Shown here: piece by piece, positions 13,040-25,369 of the stretch
Layout of the letters: the number at the start of each line of letters is the position of its first letter
Position numbering within the stretch: the stretch's first letter is position 1
Assembly: GCA_951406725.2 (NCBI GenBank)
Contig: OX597819.1
Span: 43,028,001 to 43,092,000, forward strand
Reading direction: 5' to 3'
DNA: 64,000 nt
From: Octopus vulgaris
Taxonomy: Eukaryota
Position numbers and translations under genes: made by a program
The notes under the pieces: model-generated
The model's database searches: none
Seen by the model: the letters and a program-made list of their open reading frames with translations, nothing else
What the model was told of the DNA's origin: nothing

Positions 13040-14480
13040 CTGAAGCACAAAACAATTCAATTTCAGAGAAATACATTAGCAAGTCAATATTACCTTAAGA
13101 CATTTTTCACCGAGAGAGAGAGAGAGAGAGAGAGAAAGAAATAAAATAAATAAAATAAAAAAGCAAAATAAAATTTAAGAAAAAAAAAGCGAAAACAAAA
13201 ATAAAGATTCAATATTAAAAGAACTCATACATGTTAACTCAAGAAATTACAGAATTCAGATTCCAGGGCCTCCAAAGACACCAATCTATAATTCAAGGTC
13301 TTTATTATTCATTAGAAGCCAAACGAAGGATAGAATACACCATCAAGTATGGCTTCTTCAAAGCGAGTCACTGTTATTTGAATTGAGTGTAACAGGAAAC
13401 TTTATCTTCAACCTGCGGCTCCAATAAATAAATAAATAAATACAAAAAACTACACCCACTCCCATAATAGTAAGCAAGATTCTTCCTCACCCCAACCCCC
13501 AAACACGTACACACACACACACACACCAACACCCTCCCACCTTCAATTTTTCTCTTGCTTCTTTACTAAATGAAGTTCTAAATTTTTGCAGAGCTCAAGG
13601 ACTTCTTAAATTAGAAAGTTAAGCACTTCAAGAAATAAAATATTGAGAAGTTCATGATGGCTTCATTAAGTTAATGAGAGAGAGAGAAAGAGAGACAGAG
13701 AGAGAGAGAGAGAAAGAGAGGGAGAGAGAGATCAGTCAACACAAACTCTGGTATCTGATAGCGACTTTTTGATTGGTAAAGTGAGTTTTATATTGATGTG
13801 AGGAAACAAAAGCTAACTAGTTATCACAAAATGCCTCATTTACAGATTGGAAAACTTTATAAACTTAACCCGACATTAGTGAAAGATAATTATTTTAGAT
13901 GCTAATGCGTTCACATGAATTCAAATTGTGAAAAATATTCCAAGAAAATGGGAGAAAATAATATCAATGAATAAGTTCTGAAACATCTTTCATTAAACAT
14001 TATCCATACTATTTTTCTCTTCTATTGAATTTAAATCTTATTTTATTTTAAGAGATAAGAAATCAAGAAAGAATGGTAAATATGAGTTAAGATTTAAAAG
14101 CAGAAAATTGGTACTGATATGCAAAGCGAATATGTAAGTTTAAAAAAAAAAAAAACCTTATGCTTATTTTACACATCAGGATAAACACATTTTGATTTCA
14201 AAAGGATATAAACAAAAGGCAATGCTTTCTGATTAAAATGTTCACTTTGCAAATGTGTCTAGGTTCAATCTCTATACAGCCCTTCAGACAAATGTCTTCT
14301 GCTACAATACAGCTTCACAGGACCCAATGCTTTGTGGGCGAAATTCAGTAAATGGAAATTCTGCAGAAACACAAGTGCATGGATGAGGTATAACAGAGTT
14401 GCCATGCCAAACAAGAAGACAGCTTGTGGAATCTGGTTCAGTATTGGCCTATACCATTTCACTTTAAACCAAGATTGGCA

Positions 14481-14777
14481 CAGGCATGGCTGTGTGGTAA
14501 GAAGCATGCTTCCCAACCATATAGTCCTGGGTTCAGTCCCGCTGCACGGCACATTGGGCAAGTATCTTCTACATAGCCTTGGACTGACCAAAGCCGACTT
14601 GGTAGACAGAAATAGAAAGAAGCCCACCAGATCTGGCCTCTCACACCAATCCTACAATATCAATGACAGCTCTTTCTTCAAAATCTCAAAGCTACAAAAT
14701 AATGCAAGATTAATATAAAACAGTGAGAATAAATAAGCATTACTTCTGATAGAATAATGTGAATGCTAAAGAGTTAA
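14481..14777. mobile_element. SINE A 5' module (+) joined to a partial family D MITE (-)
   Basis: ggcatggctgtgtggtaag head to ~14626, then D sequence ending gaatgctaaagagttaa. Confidence 0.75.
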
Positions 14778-15106
14778 TTTGACAGCTGCCACCACCAACT
14801 TCCGACAACATTTAGGTTTCATGTCCATCTTTGTCACTGGAAAAGAATTCAATGAGCTAAAATTGAATTCTAAAACAATTGATCCATTCTTTAGTTGAAG
14901 TAATAAATGCAAATTTTGACAGATACAGAACAGATCACAAACTACGATATGGTAATATCATTGATCACCAGAGTTCTCTCTGCTGGGTTAGGGTCAACCC
15001 GAGATTCAATAAGAGCAACAAAATTTCACAAACCAATACCACCCAATGTTCACTTATACTATCAACTTAGGTACCACATGACTGATATTTGACTACTGTA
15101 AGTAGT

Positions 15107-15384
15107 CGGTGCATGGCTTAGTGCTTAGGGTAAGTGGCTCATAATCATAAGGTCATGAATTTGACTCCAGTCAACACAGCTGGCAAAAATGAGTTGTGCC
15201 TGGAATTCAAAGGGCTGGCTGGCATTGTCACATTCTGTGGCATGCTGAATCTCCTTGAGATGCGTTAAGAGAACACATGTCTGTAGAGTACTCAGTTACT
15301 TGCACTTTAATTTCACAAGCTGGCTGTCCCCTTGATCGGATCAACTGGAACCTCCATCATCGTAACCGACGGAGTGCCTGTCTC
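15107..15384 (+). mobile_element. tRNA-derived SINE family G
   Basis: tggcttagtg A-box-like head; flanked by direct repeat taagtagt (15099-15106 / 15385-15392), a likely TSD. Confidence 0.7.
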
Positions 15385-17057
15385 TAAGTAGTTGGTATAG
15401 TGTATACTGAATATATGATTTCACTTAGCATTAAGTTCAATTCTTCATATAGGTAAGAAGATAAAGTATAAAAATGTAGTAGGGTCTACCTGAGCACAAT
15501 CCTGAAATTTCTGCACTTCACCTCTCTACAGCAGTGTCACTGGAAGTTTTCTCATTATACAGTTGTACTTACTACTCAACTACCATCAACTGCCATCTAA
15601 TGCTACTTCAGGCCTAATTCTTATCAGTTATGATGTATCACTGAAGGAACAAACTGTCATATTTACATGCAAATGCTTGCCTTATAATTCTTTCTTTGCT
15701 GTATATAATGATTATTGTTGTTGTCATTCAACCTCAAGTCAACCCAAAGAAAACAGACCTATGATCAAAAATATCTTGTCATGATCATTTAACCTTTTTT
15801 AATATTTAGGACTACAGGCTGTGATGAGGGAATTTAGCTGCTATTTCTAGCACAGTGACTCCCATGTTGCTTTGATACAAATATATAGATGCCACCCTCA
15901 TTATGGAAGTGTTACTAATTTGAAAATCTTGCTATAATGTAAAATTTTCTGAAGCAAAGCCTATTTTCCATCGATTTCCATGTGATATTGAACTCAATAA
16001 GAAATACATTTCATGCCACAGATTTCCATGTTACTGCAAGAATCTGGAAAATACAACGCTTCCAAAACAAAGGAGATGCTTATAGCTGAGATCAGCAATA
16101 GTGGCGTTCATCCTTTGCTATTGGAAAATAAACTGCTACCATAACGAACATTACAAAACAGCAGGACGAAAGAACACATGCATACCTGGGAGCAAAAAAG
16201 AAGAATTCTTTTTTCAAACCTGCAGGTTTGTTCTTTAAACATGCAAACTGTGTGTCAGTTTTTGTCCACAAACATATAAAAGAAAACTATATGTTTGACC
16301 TTTGGCATTAGATGTTGTTTGAAAGGGCAATTAAAACAGCTATGTTATTTTCAGTTTCAAGATAAATTATCAGAAGCAAAGAGTAAGTACAATAACATAA
16401 AAGAACAGATTCAATTCTAGGAAGCAATTAACCTTTTTTTTTCCTTTCTTTTTCTTTTTTCTTTTGGTTTGTTTTTTGTATTTAATGTTGTGTGTGTATG
16501 TAATGCCGGTAGAGTGTAGTGGAAATACATTAAAATCAATCACTGTCATGAGTGGAATAAATCTTCATATATATTCTTTAATGCAAGACTCTCATTGTGA
16601 TGTCACCATGAAATTAGAGTTTTATTTTATTATATACATGAAAGAGAGAGTGATAGAGAGAGAGATAGGAGAATGACAGAGAGAAAGAGAGAAAGAGGGG
16701 GAGAGAGAGAGACAGGGAGAAAGAGAGGGACCACACATATACAAACACACAGAGGTTGTATTAATTGCAACAAATTGTATAATAGCACATTGATTGATGC
16801 ACGATTTTTAAAAACTGTTCTCAAACAAGATTTGGCAAAGTGTCAGGTTACACAATACTAAAACTATGAATAATTGTTGCAATCTGTACTGTATTTAATA
16901 TAATAAATCTTGCCGAAATTAACAGTAAATTTTACAACACAGAATATAGATTAGATGCAAAAAAAAAAAAAAAGATAAAAGTAGATAGTCTGTAAGAGCG
17001 GCTTTGAGTATTTATTAACAAAATCAGTGACCAACAAATAAAAGTACTACTACTATG

Positions 17058-18594
17058 AATAATAATAACAATCCTTTCTACTATATGCACAAGGCCTGGA
17101 ATTTTGAGGGAAGGTATCAGTTGATTACATTGACCCTAGGGCTCACTGGTACTTATTCTACTGACCTAAAAGGATGAAAGGTAAAGTTGGCCTCAGCAGA
17201 GTCTGAGCTAAGAATATAAGGACAGACAACATGCTGATAAGCATTTTGTCTGGTGTGCTAATAGTTCTGCCAGCTCACCACTTTAGTAATTAATAATAAT
17301 AATAATGGTTTCAAATTTTGGTGCAAGGCCATCGATTTTGGAGGAAGAGGTAAACATCAACCCAGTACTCAATTGGTAATTATTTTATTGACCCCTGAAA
17401 AATGAAAGGCAAAACTGACCTTGGGGGGAATTTGAACTCAAAATTTAAAGACGGGACAGAATGCCACTGAACATTTTGCCCAACATGATAACGATTCTCC
17501 CAGCTCATCACCTTAATAATAATTCTTTCTAATCTTGGCACAAGGCCAGAACACGAGGGGAAGAGCTGACTTGATCATATCAACCTCAGTACTTAACAGG
17601 TACTTATTATTTAATGAACCCTGCAAAGACGAAAGACTTAGAATGTGAAGAACTGGAATAAATGCCACTAAACATTTGACCTGATGCACCAACGATTCTG
17701 TCAGCTTGTTCCCTTTTATACAGCATAATAATAATTGCTGCAAATTTTGGTACAAAGCAAGCAATTTTAAGGAGGAAAGGGTCAGCTGTTTATATTGACC
17801 ATGGAGGATATCAAAAGCAAGGTTGACCTCAGCCAAGTTTAGAACTCAAAACATAAAGAGCCACAATATATGCCACTAAGCATGTTGTGCAATGCATACA
17901 CGATTTTCCTAACTTGCTGCAGTAATAATAACAACAACAATCTTTTCTACTATGGGTACAAGACCCCAAACTTGTGGGGAGGGGGAAAGTTGATTACATT
18001 GACCCCAGCACTCAACTGGTATTTAATATATTGACCCCGAAATGATGAAAGGCAAAGTCAACCTCAGCAGGATTTGAGCTCAAAATGTAGCTACAGATGA
18101 AATTATTATTATTATTATTATCGTCATCATCATCCTCTCTACTATAGGCACAAGAGCTTGAAATTTTTGGATGGAAGGGACTAGTCGACTGCATCGATCC
18201 CAGCTCTTGACTAGTACTTATTTTGTCAACCCCCAAGAAAATGAAACGCAAAGCTAACCTTGGTAGATTTTTGAACATAAGACGTACAAATGGACAAAAT
18301 GCTGCTAGATGCAGGTTTCTGGCATGCCAACAAATCTGCCTTACTACTACTACTACTACTAATAATAATAATAATTTTTTCAATTATAGGCACAAGGTCT
18401 GACACTGGGGGAGGGGGGTCAAGTTGTGATTTGAACCCTGCCTAGTGTTCAACCGGTACTTATTTACAGTCTTCAAAAGGATGAAAAGCAAAGTTGGTTT
18501 CAGGATGTAAAGACGGACAAAATGCCACTAAGCATTTGTGTCTGATGCACTCATAACTCTGCCAGCTCACCACCTTAATAATAACAACAACAAC

Positions 18595-18641
<47 letters not shown>
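17058..18641 (-). mobile_element. head-to-tail array of about 7 SINE family B copies
   Basis: About seven ~180-240-bp units, bounded by (AAT)n/(ACT)n/(AAC)n and mutually diverged. Confidence 0.85.
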
Positions 18642-18642
<1 letters not shown>

Positions 18643-19159
18643 TTCAACCTGTTGTCTCTTGAGGTCTCTGGGTGAAACTTGGAGCCAACTTGTACAGACA
18701 TAAAGCAAAAGTCAAACATAGAATAATAATAATAATAGTTTATACATTGTGTGTATAACTATGTATATAGGTGCAGCATTTAATTGCTGTGCTAGCAAAC
18801 AGCTGACAATGGTTTCCTCGAGTACTATAGTTACAGATGGTGTATGATAGTTAAACATGGTGTCAGTTGTCTTGACAAGCAATTCGATATCCTTGAAAGT
18901 AAAGACTAATTGTTATCGTCTTTTGTAATAGCAGGATGAGCATTATTGAAAATAACAGTAACCAAGTAGAAAATAACAATAACGGTGCCCCAATTAATTT
19001 GGTCACTATTATACAATAATGAAAAAAAAAAAAAAAAATTCTGAACTTATTATCTAATTAATAGACCAATTACTCAAAAAGTGTTTTATTGAAAGAAAAA
19101 ATACAAATCAATATTTGTGCAGGCACACACACACACACACATATATACACGCACGCAAG

Positions 19160-19535
19160 TGCAGGCACGATTGAGTGTGGTAGGCAAGAAGTTTGCTGCC
19201 CAACCACACGGCTTCAGGTTCACTCCCACTGTGTGGCACCTTAGGCAAGTGTCATCTACTAAAGCCTTGGGCCAACTGGGGCCTTCTGAGTAGATTTGGT
19301 GAAGCCTGCTTTGTGTATGTGTGCACATGCGTTACTGTCTCTTTGCTTTGACATCATGTGATAGTTGTAAGTGATTGTCACCGTCATGCACACAATGTCC
19401 TGCATTTTCAATCATCCGAGACATGTCTGATCATGAAAAAAATATTAGCTTATTTGGAAACAGGACAAGGTTGGCAACAGATAGGGCATCCAACTGTAGA
19501 AATTCCACCTCAACATGCAACCATGGAAATGAGGG
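19160..19535 (+). mobile_element. chimeric SINE: family A head plus family C tail
   Basis: A-type head and core, TG-rich linker, then gggcatccaactgtagaaa...catggaaa tail. Same layout at 21545-21880 (-) and 28612-29085 (-). Confidence 0.7.
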
Positions 19536-19900
19536 TGGCATAGGTTCGGATGGTGTGACAGGGTTTGAAGAGCTTGGTTAAATTATAGACCTATTTATCT
19601 ATCTATCTATCTAGCACTAAGAAACATGGTTTGTGATTTGGGGTTGGGAAGAGAAACCAGGTTTCTATCCCCACCCCACAGGCAACCTTTTTATTTAAAT
19701 CATCAATAATGCTTATGAGGAAAGAATATCATCTGACACCATCACCTGTGTCTTATCTTCTATGAGTACGAGGTAACATATTTATGCCATGAAGCATTAA
19801 TAGTGTATAGCTGAGAGCATCTAGAGTAAATACTAGCATATTCAATTAATATTCGCACATTACCTCCTATATTATAGGCAAATACACACACACACACACA

Positions 19901-20107
19901 TATGAGAGGGTGATGAAAAGTTCCTGACTTAAGAGTATCACAAAAGACCTGATTGGGGGCCCAATGTTCCTAGTTCTTTTATAGGGTTTAGAAAAACTGA
20001 AGGATCACTGCAATAAATGCATGAATCTGAGAATAAAATCATAATTTACTGATCCTCCTGTATTTTCTTTCACCCAAGGCCAGGGACTTTTCAGCATCAC
20101 ACTCATA
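19901..20107 (+). mobile_element. mariner-derived MITE
   Basis: Imperfect TA-flanked TIRs tatgagagggtgatgaaaagttcctg / cagggacttttcagcatcacactcata. Internal GLEKLKDHCNKCMNLR (~19985-20032) resembles the mariner transposase C-terminus (G..KL..R..KC). Confidence 0.75.
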
Positions 20108-20387
20108 CACAAATAAAAACCTTCACGTGTTCACACATGAAAACAATGCATGCATGCATGCACAAATAGTGCAATTCATTTTGTCTATCTTGAGAAAGTT
20201 TAACTGATTTAAGGTATAAGAATTGCAGGACGAGTTATTGGAGTGATGTGGGAGTAGGTGGAGGACGAAGAAACAAAAATGTTGTATAAGCATAATTTCA
20301 TTACACAGGAATTTTCAATCAACTGAATTAATGGCCTAATTATACTGTAAACAACAATCAAAATTCAATTTCCAAAACGAAAAGAAG

Positions 20388-20462
<75 letters not shown>

Positions 20463-21084
20463 AATAAATATACATAATATTTCTCTAAAATTCAAACCAA
20501 CTAAATTATGTTACCATATATAAATTACACATTATTTAATGAAAGAAAACAGATTGTTGCCTTGAGTTAGGTATTAAAAATAAACATTGTAAAAATCATC
20601 TCCATAAATTAATTCTTCAAATTGAGAAATCTAACAGTTTGTTTTCTTGTGAACATGATTAGTTTAATATGTATTCATTTAATCACACACATACACACAC
20701 TACTTCATTAATATAGGCATTAAAGAAAAACAAGATTTCTTTTCAAACAGATAGGATATGTAACTAAATATGATTAAAATATATTAAAGAATTCATGAAA
20801 ATTGCAGGCAAAATGCTTGAAAAGCATTACATATATATATATATATACATAAACATATATAAATATACTATGTATATGCATAAACATACATACATGTACT
20901 ATGCATATGCATACACACACACAAATATACATGCATATACATAAATATGCTATGTATATATATATATATATACACACACACACAAACACACATAAATATG
21001 CATGCTTATACACATATAAATATACTGTGTATATGCATAATTATATATAATATGCACACATTCATTCATCTACATATATATATA

Positions 21085-21364
21085 TATCTATAAAATAATA
21101 TGTTACAATTACTCAATAGTCAAGATAAAACTCTGAGTTTCAGATGCCGAAGTGGAAAACCACAACACCATCTCTTCGGTTATCTGGCCATCAGATGGCC
21201 AGATAACCGAAGAGATGGTGTTGTGGTTTTCCACTTCGGCATCTGAAACTCAGAGTTTTATCTTGACTATTGAGTAATTGTAACATATTATTTTATAGAT
21301 AAATTTCCTCTATTTACATAATATTGAGGTCGCTTTCTTTCTTTTGTTATCTTACCATTTTCAC

Positions 21365-21367
<3 letters not shown>
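21085..21367 (+). mobile_element. Penelope-like terminus with inverted 5' duplication, inside (TA)n
   Basis: Perfect inverted repeat 21085-21192 / 21194-21301. The right arm continues to 21367 and then (TA)n. Contains a hammerhead-like motif. Confidence 0.7.
21201..21263 (+). ncRNA. type-I hammerhead ribozyme-like motif (mirror copy 21123-21185, - strand)
   Basis: Stem I AGATAA/TTATCT; core CCGAAGA; stem II GATG..GTGG-TTTT-CCAC..CATC; extra T before GAAA; stem III ACTC-A-GAGT; cleavage triplet GTT. Confidence 0.6.
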
Positions 21368-21422
<55 letters not shown>

Positions 21423-21544
21423 TCACATACACACATATACATCTATGTATGTGTGTGTATGTCTAAGTAAAATCAGAGCCACAAAGGCACCTTGTTTACA
21501 TGTTTATGTCTATGCCCCTACATTAGACAATTAAAGTCAAGACT

Positions 21545-21880
21545 ATTCCACTGCTGGATGCCTTTTCTGTCACTTTTGTGTTTACCTGTTTAACAAGTGA
21601 CAGATCTCTTATTCCACACATCTTGGAAAAGCCAAAGCCAGCAGGTAATTTGCTGACAGGAGAAAATGACAATGAGCCTGTTTGTTTGGAGCTCAGTAAT
21701 TACCAGATAAGTGGAACTGTAAACACACACACACGCACACACACAGAGTAAGCTTCGATTTGTCTATCTCCTAAAGTCACAAGGCTTTGGTCAGTAAAAG
21801 ACACTTGCCCAAAGTGCCATGCTGTGGACTGAACTCAAAACCATGAGGTTACAAATCAAACTTATTAACTGCACTGTCAT
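21545..21880 (-). mobile_element. chimeric A-head/C-tail SINE (diverged)
   Basis: ctggatgcc at the left; gacacttgcccaaagtgccatgc and aaccatg head at the right. Confidence 0.6.
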
Positions 21881-21907
21881 ATGTATATATATATATATAT
21901 ATATATA

Positions 21908-22102
21908 TCAGGACGCCATGATAGACCGTTAGCTCCAACGTGCACTTTTTTCTCTCCTTGTTTTTTTTCTGTGTATCTTTCTGTCGAAGAGCGTAGGCTC
22001 GAAACATAAAAGACTTTTTCTATTCCTGAGTGCTATACTAATACATTTGTTTGTTTGTACTCCACCTGCCTTCTTCCTTTGTTTATTTTCGTAAAAATTT
22101 CC

Positions 22103-22106
<4 letters not shown>
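21908..22106 (+). mobile_element. Penelope-like terminus flanked by (TA)n on both sides
   Basis: ~200-bp pyrimidine-rich insert containing a hammerhead-like motif; related to 2903-3097. Confidence 0.65.
21976..22013 (+). ncRNA. minimal type-I hammerhead-like motif (variant core)
   Basis: TCTTT-CTGTCGA-A-GAGC-GTAG-GCTC-GAAAC-AT-A-AAAGA: 5-bp stem I, 4-bp stem II, intact GAAA. Core A6 reads T, and stem III ACGT reads ACAT. Confidence 0.55.
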
Positions 22107-22156
<50 letters not shown>

Positions 22157-22559
22157 CTGTTATATAGAGGTAATGTTTTCTTTTGAAGATATATGATATG
22201 AACTAAAGGTAATTAACAATTGATTAATGAAATCAAATGCTGAAATTTCATAGATTACTAGAGAAAATTAAGCAAAGATATTCATGGAAATGGGTAGGAG
22301 GCAATACGACATCACTACATGCCTAGCCACCCTTTACACTCATGATAAGGTCAAATACTGAAGACCTACATGGTGAGAAACGATGTCATATAGTTATAAA
22401 AACTTACCTTATATGGCTTAATTTTGATATTAATTAATGAAATTCAACTATAGATGATACAAGTCAGATCTTAATATGAAAAAGTAAGGGAGAAACAGTG
22501 GAATGGGGTAAAGAAAGAAAGGGGGAAAATGCAATTAAAGATTCTGAATGTTCTAGAAA

Positions 22560-23290
22560 TAATAAGTTTCAAATTTTGGCACAAGGCCAGCAATTTTGGG
22601 GGGAAGGGGAAAAGTCTATTACATCAACTTCAGCAGAATGTGAACTTAGAGCATAAAGACAGACAAAATGCCACAAAGCATTTTGCCGAGCTCATGAATG
22701 ATTCTGCCAGTTCATCACCTTTAATAATAATAATAATAATAATAATGATGATGATGATGATGGTTTAAAATTTTGGCACAAGGTCAGCAGTTTCAGAGGA
22801 AAGGGGGATAAATTGATTATATAAACCCCCATCGATCAACTGGTACTTAATTTGTCAACCCTCCTGAAAGGATGAAAGGCAAAGTTGACCTTGGCAAGAT
22901 TTGAAATCAGAATGTAAAGGCAGGTAAACTGCAGCTAAGCATTTTGCCCGGTGTGCTAATGATTCTGCCAACTCACCACATTGTTGTTGATGATGATGGT
23001 GATGGTGGAGGAGGAGGAGGAGGAGGAGGAGGAGAAGGAGGAGAAGAAGAAGAAAAAGAAAAAGAAGAAAAAGAAGAAAAAGAAGAAGAAAAAGAAGAAG
23101 AAAAAGAAGAAGAAGAAGAAGGAGGAGGAGGAGGAGGCATGAAGTTACAAACTTTGAGGAAGGGGATTTAGTTATATTGAACCCGGTACTTGAACATTAC
23201 TTTATATTATTGACTTCTGGAAAAAGATGTAAAGAAAAGTTGACTTGAGCAGGAATTGAACTTGAAATGTCAGAACAATATACCGCAAGC
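22560..23290 (-). mobile_element. SINE family B, three tandem copies
   Basis: Repeated ttttggcacaagg...gattctgcca units with triplet-repeat spacers; the third is more degenerate. Confidence 0.75.
23007..23137. repeat. pure purine (GGA)/(GAA) tract, ~130 bp
   Basis: Directly visible; explains the poly-G/E ORF 22944..23171. Confidence 0.95.
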
Positions 23291-23429
23291 AAGAATATTA
23301 TGCTCAGGAAATGGAATAGTAGTGATAAATTAAATTTTATTTATCAATTAAAACAACAAAAAATTGGTGTTTAAGTGTTTTCATAAGATGCAAATTAATA
23401 TTAACTAGACAAGTGAGCGAGTGATTTAC

Positions 23430-23443
23430 CTGTTATAAGAGAT
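23430..23443 (-). CDS. candidate 14-nt microexon (ATCTCTTATAACAG)
   Basis: Minus strand: long pyrimidine-rich tract ...tctatctctatttgcag|ATCTCTTATAACAG|gtaaat. Confidence 0.3.
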
Positions 23444-24019
23444 CTGCAAATAGAGATAGACAGATAGACAGATAGAGAGACGGTGAAAGAGAGAAAGAGG
23501 GAGGTATGAAGACAGCCGTGAATGAGAAAATCTTCTTAGATCGGTTACATCATGACATTAAAAACATTGTCTTAAAGGGCTTGTGAATACCATTGTGTGT
23601 AAATCAACATGTTGGCTGTGTGAGTCAAATTAGAAATGATAGGCATAGCAATCTTATTATTTATGTCAGTTTAAGGCCAGCAGTTGTTAAGTCCTCTCTG
23701 CCATCACCAACACAACAAAAGCTTGCTGTTGCTGCTGCATTATCAAACCCAAACAACTGCTGTGCTTGTTACAGCCGCTGTAGGTATTAAAGCGTACTAT
23801 TAAGAGAGCTGATACTAAATAAGTTGATAGAAAATTAGTTTATGGTTATATGCCATGGATCAGCTGCAGGCAAATTTTTCATGGAATCTGTCAAATCAAC
23901 CAGTCAGCTTATCAGTTAAAGGAGGTGAAAAGAAATGCAAGAGTAGAGGGGGGAGAACTGATAATATCAAAACACAGATAAACTAAATGAATAAATAAAG
24001 AATAATACGAATATAATTG

Positions 24020-24900
24020 TCTCTAATTTAGGCACAAGGCCAGCAATTTTTAAGAGAAGTGTCAAGTTGATGCATTCAACCTCAGTGTATAACTGGTATT
24101 CTATTGAGTTCTAAAGAGTGAAAAACAGTTGAATTTGTCAGGATTTGAAATCAGAATGTATAGAACAGGAACAAATATTCTTTTCTACTCTAGGCACAAG
24201 GCCCGAAATTTTGAGGAAAGGGGCCCAGTCGATTAGACTGACCACAGTGCTCAACTGGTACTTAATTTATCGACCCTGAAAGGATGAAAGGCAAAGTTGA
24301 CCTAGGTGGAATTTTAAAGATTAGGAACAAATATTACGAAGCATTTTGTCTGACACTCCACCATCCTTCATTTGTTTCTAACATAGACACAAGGTCAGAA
24401 ATTTTGAGGGGAGGGGTAGTTAGTTGATTACATTGGTTAATTACTTTAGTTTATTAATTATGAAAGCAAAGTTTATCTTGAACTCTATAATTATTTCTAA
24501 CTCAACCCTTTAGCATTTAAATCAACCATACCAGGCCAAAATATTTAATCTATTTTATGTTGAAACCAACAAGATCTAACCTTTCAAACTAACCCTACAA
24601 TGCCATTTTAAAACTAAACAAGCACATCATTGAAATCTCTAAACTACAAGATAATGCCCGATTAATTCAAGCAGCGCAATCTGAATGCTAACAGTTTAAG
24701 CGTGAATCCAGAATTTTGAGGGATTGAGTAAATTGAAACTATTGACTCAGTACTTCACAGGTATTTTATTTTACCAACGCCAAAAGGATGAAAAACATAA
24801 CTGATTTCCGCAGAACTTGAACTCAGAACATGAAGAGTCAAAACAAATTCCACAAAATATTCTGTCCAAGGTTGTAATGATTCTACCGTTCCACCAAATC
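24020..24900 (-). mobile_element. cluster of SINE B copies interrupted by a family D MITE (~24503-24698)
   Basis: Repeated ggcacaaggcc / ggatgaaa motifs; D termini accctttagcatt ... gaatgctaa. Confidence 0.7.
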
Positions 24901-24925
24901 GCATTTTGTTTCTTCTCTTTATTAA

Positions 24926-25248
24926 CCCTTAAACAATGGACATCATCAATTGATGTTTCATTAAAGAACAGCGGACATTATCAATTGATGTTTCAAAAAA
25001 TTTACATGGATACGGCCATCATCAAAGAAAAGTGAATATTTTATGGCACTTTTCAATAATGAGATTTTAAATTTTATTGTGCGAGAGACTAACAATTATT
25101 ACAGCTTTTGTACTTATTTAAAGTGAAAATAAGTATAAAAATTCCCCATAAGAAAAAAAAAAGATGTCTTTCTTTCTTTTCTTTTTTTTTTTTGCTTTTT
25201 GCCTGTTTGGCACACACATTCATATAACTATTTCCTGCTGTTTAAGGG
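24926..25248. mobile_element. piggyBac-like MITE (third family)
   Basis: Perfect 10-bp TIR CCCTTAAACA/TGTTTAAGGG, TTAA on both sides, subterminal direct repeat ggacat(c/t)atcaattgatgtttca x2. Confidence 0.75.
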
Positions 25249-25369
25249 TTAAAATTTTCCAAAATATTTTTTATTAATAAAATCTTCTATGAACAAATGC
25301 AACGATATATGTTTTTTTTAGTTTTTTTTTTTTTAGATATGGATCAAAAGTGAACTTTAAATAACGCTT

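Noticed and set aside
17058-18641. Regularly spaced repeats resembling a CRISPR array or retrozyme tandem
   Set aside because: Units are ~200-bp diverged SINEs with Pol III boxes; no unique spacers, cas genes or hammerhead cores.
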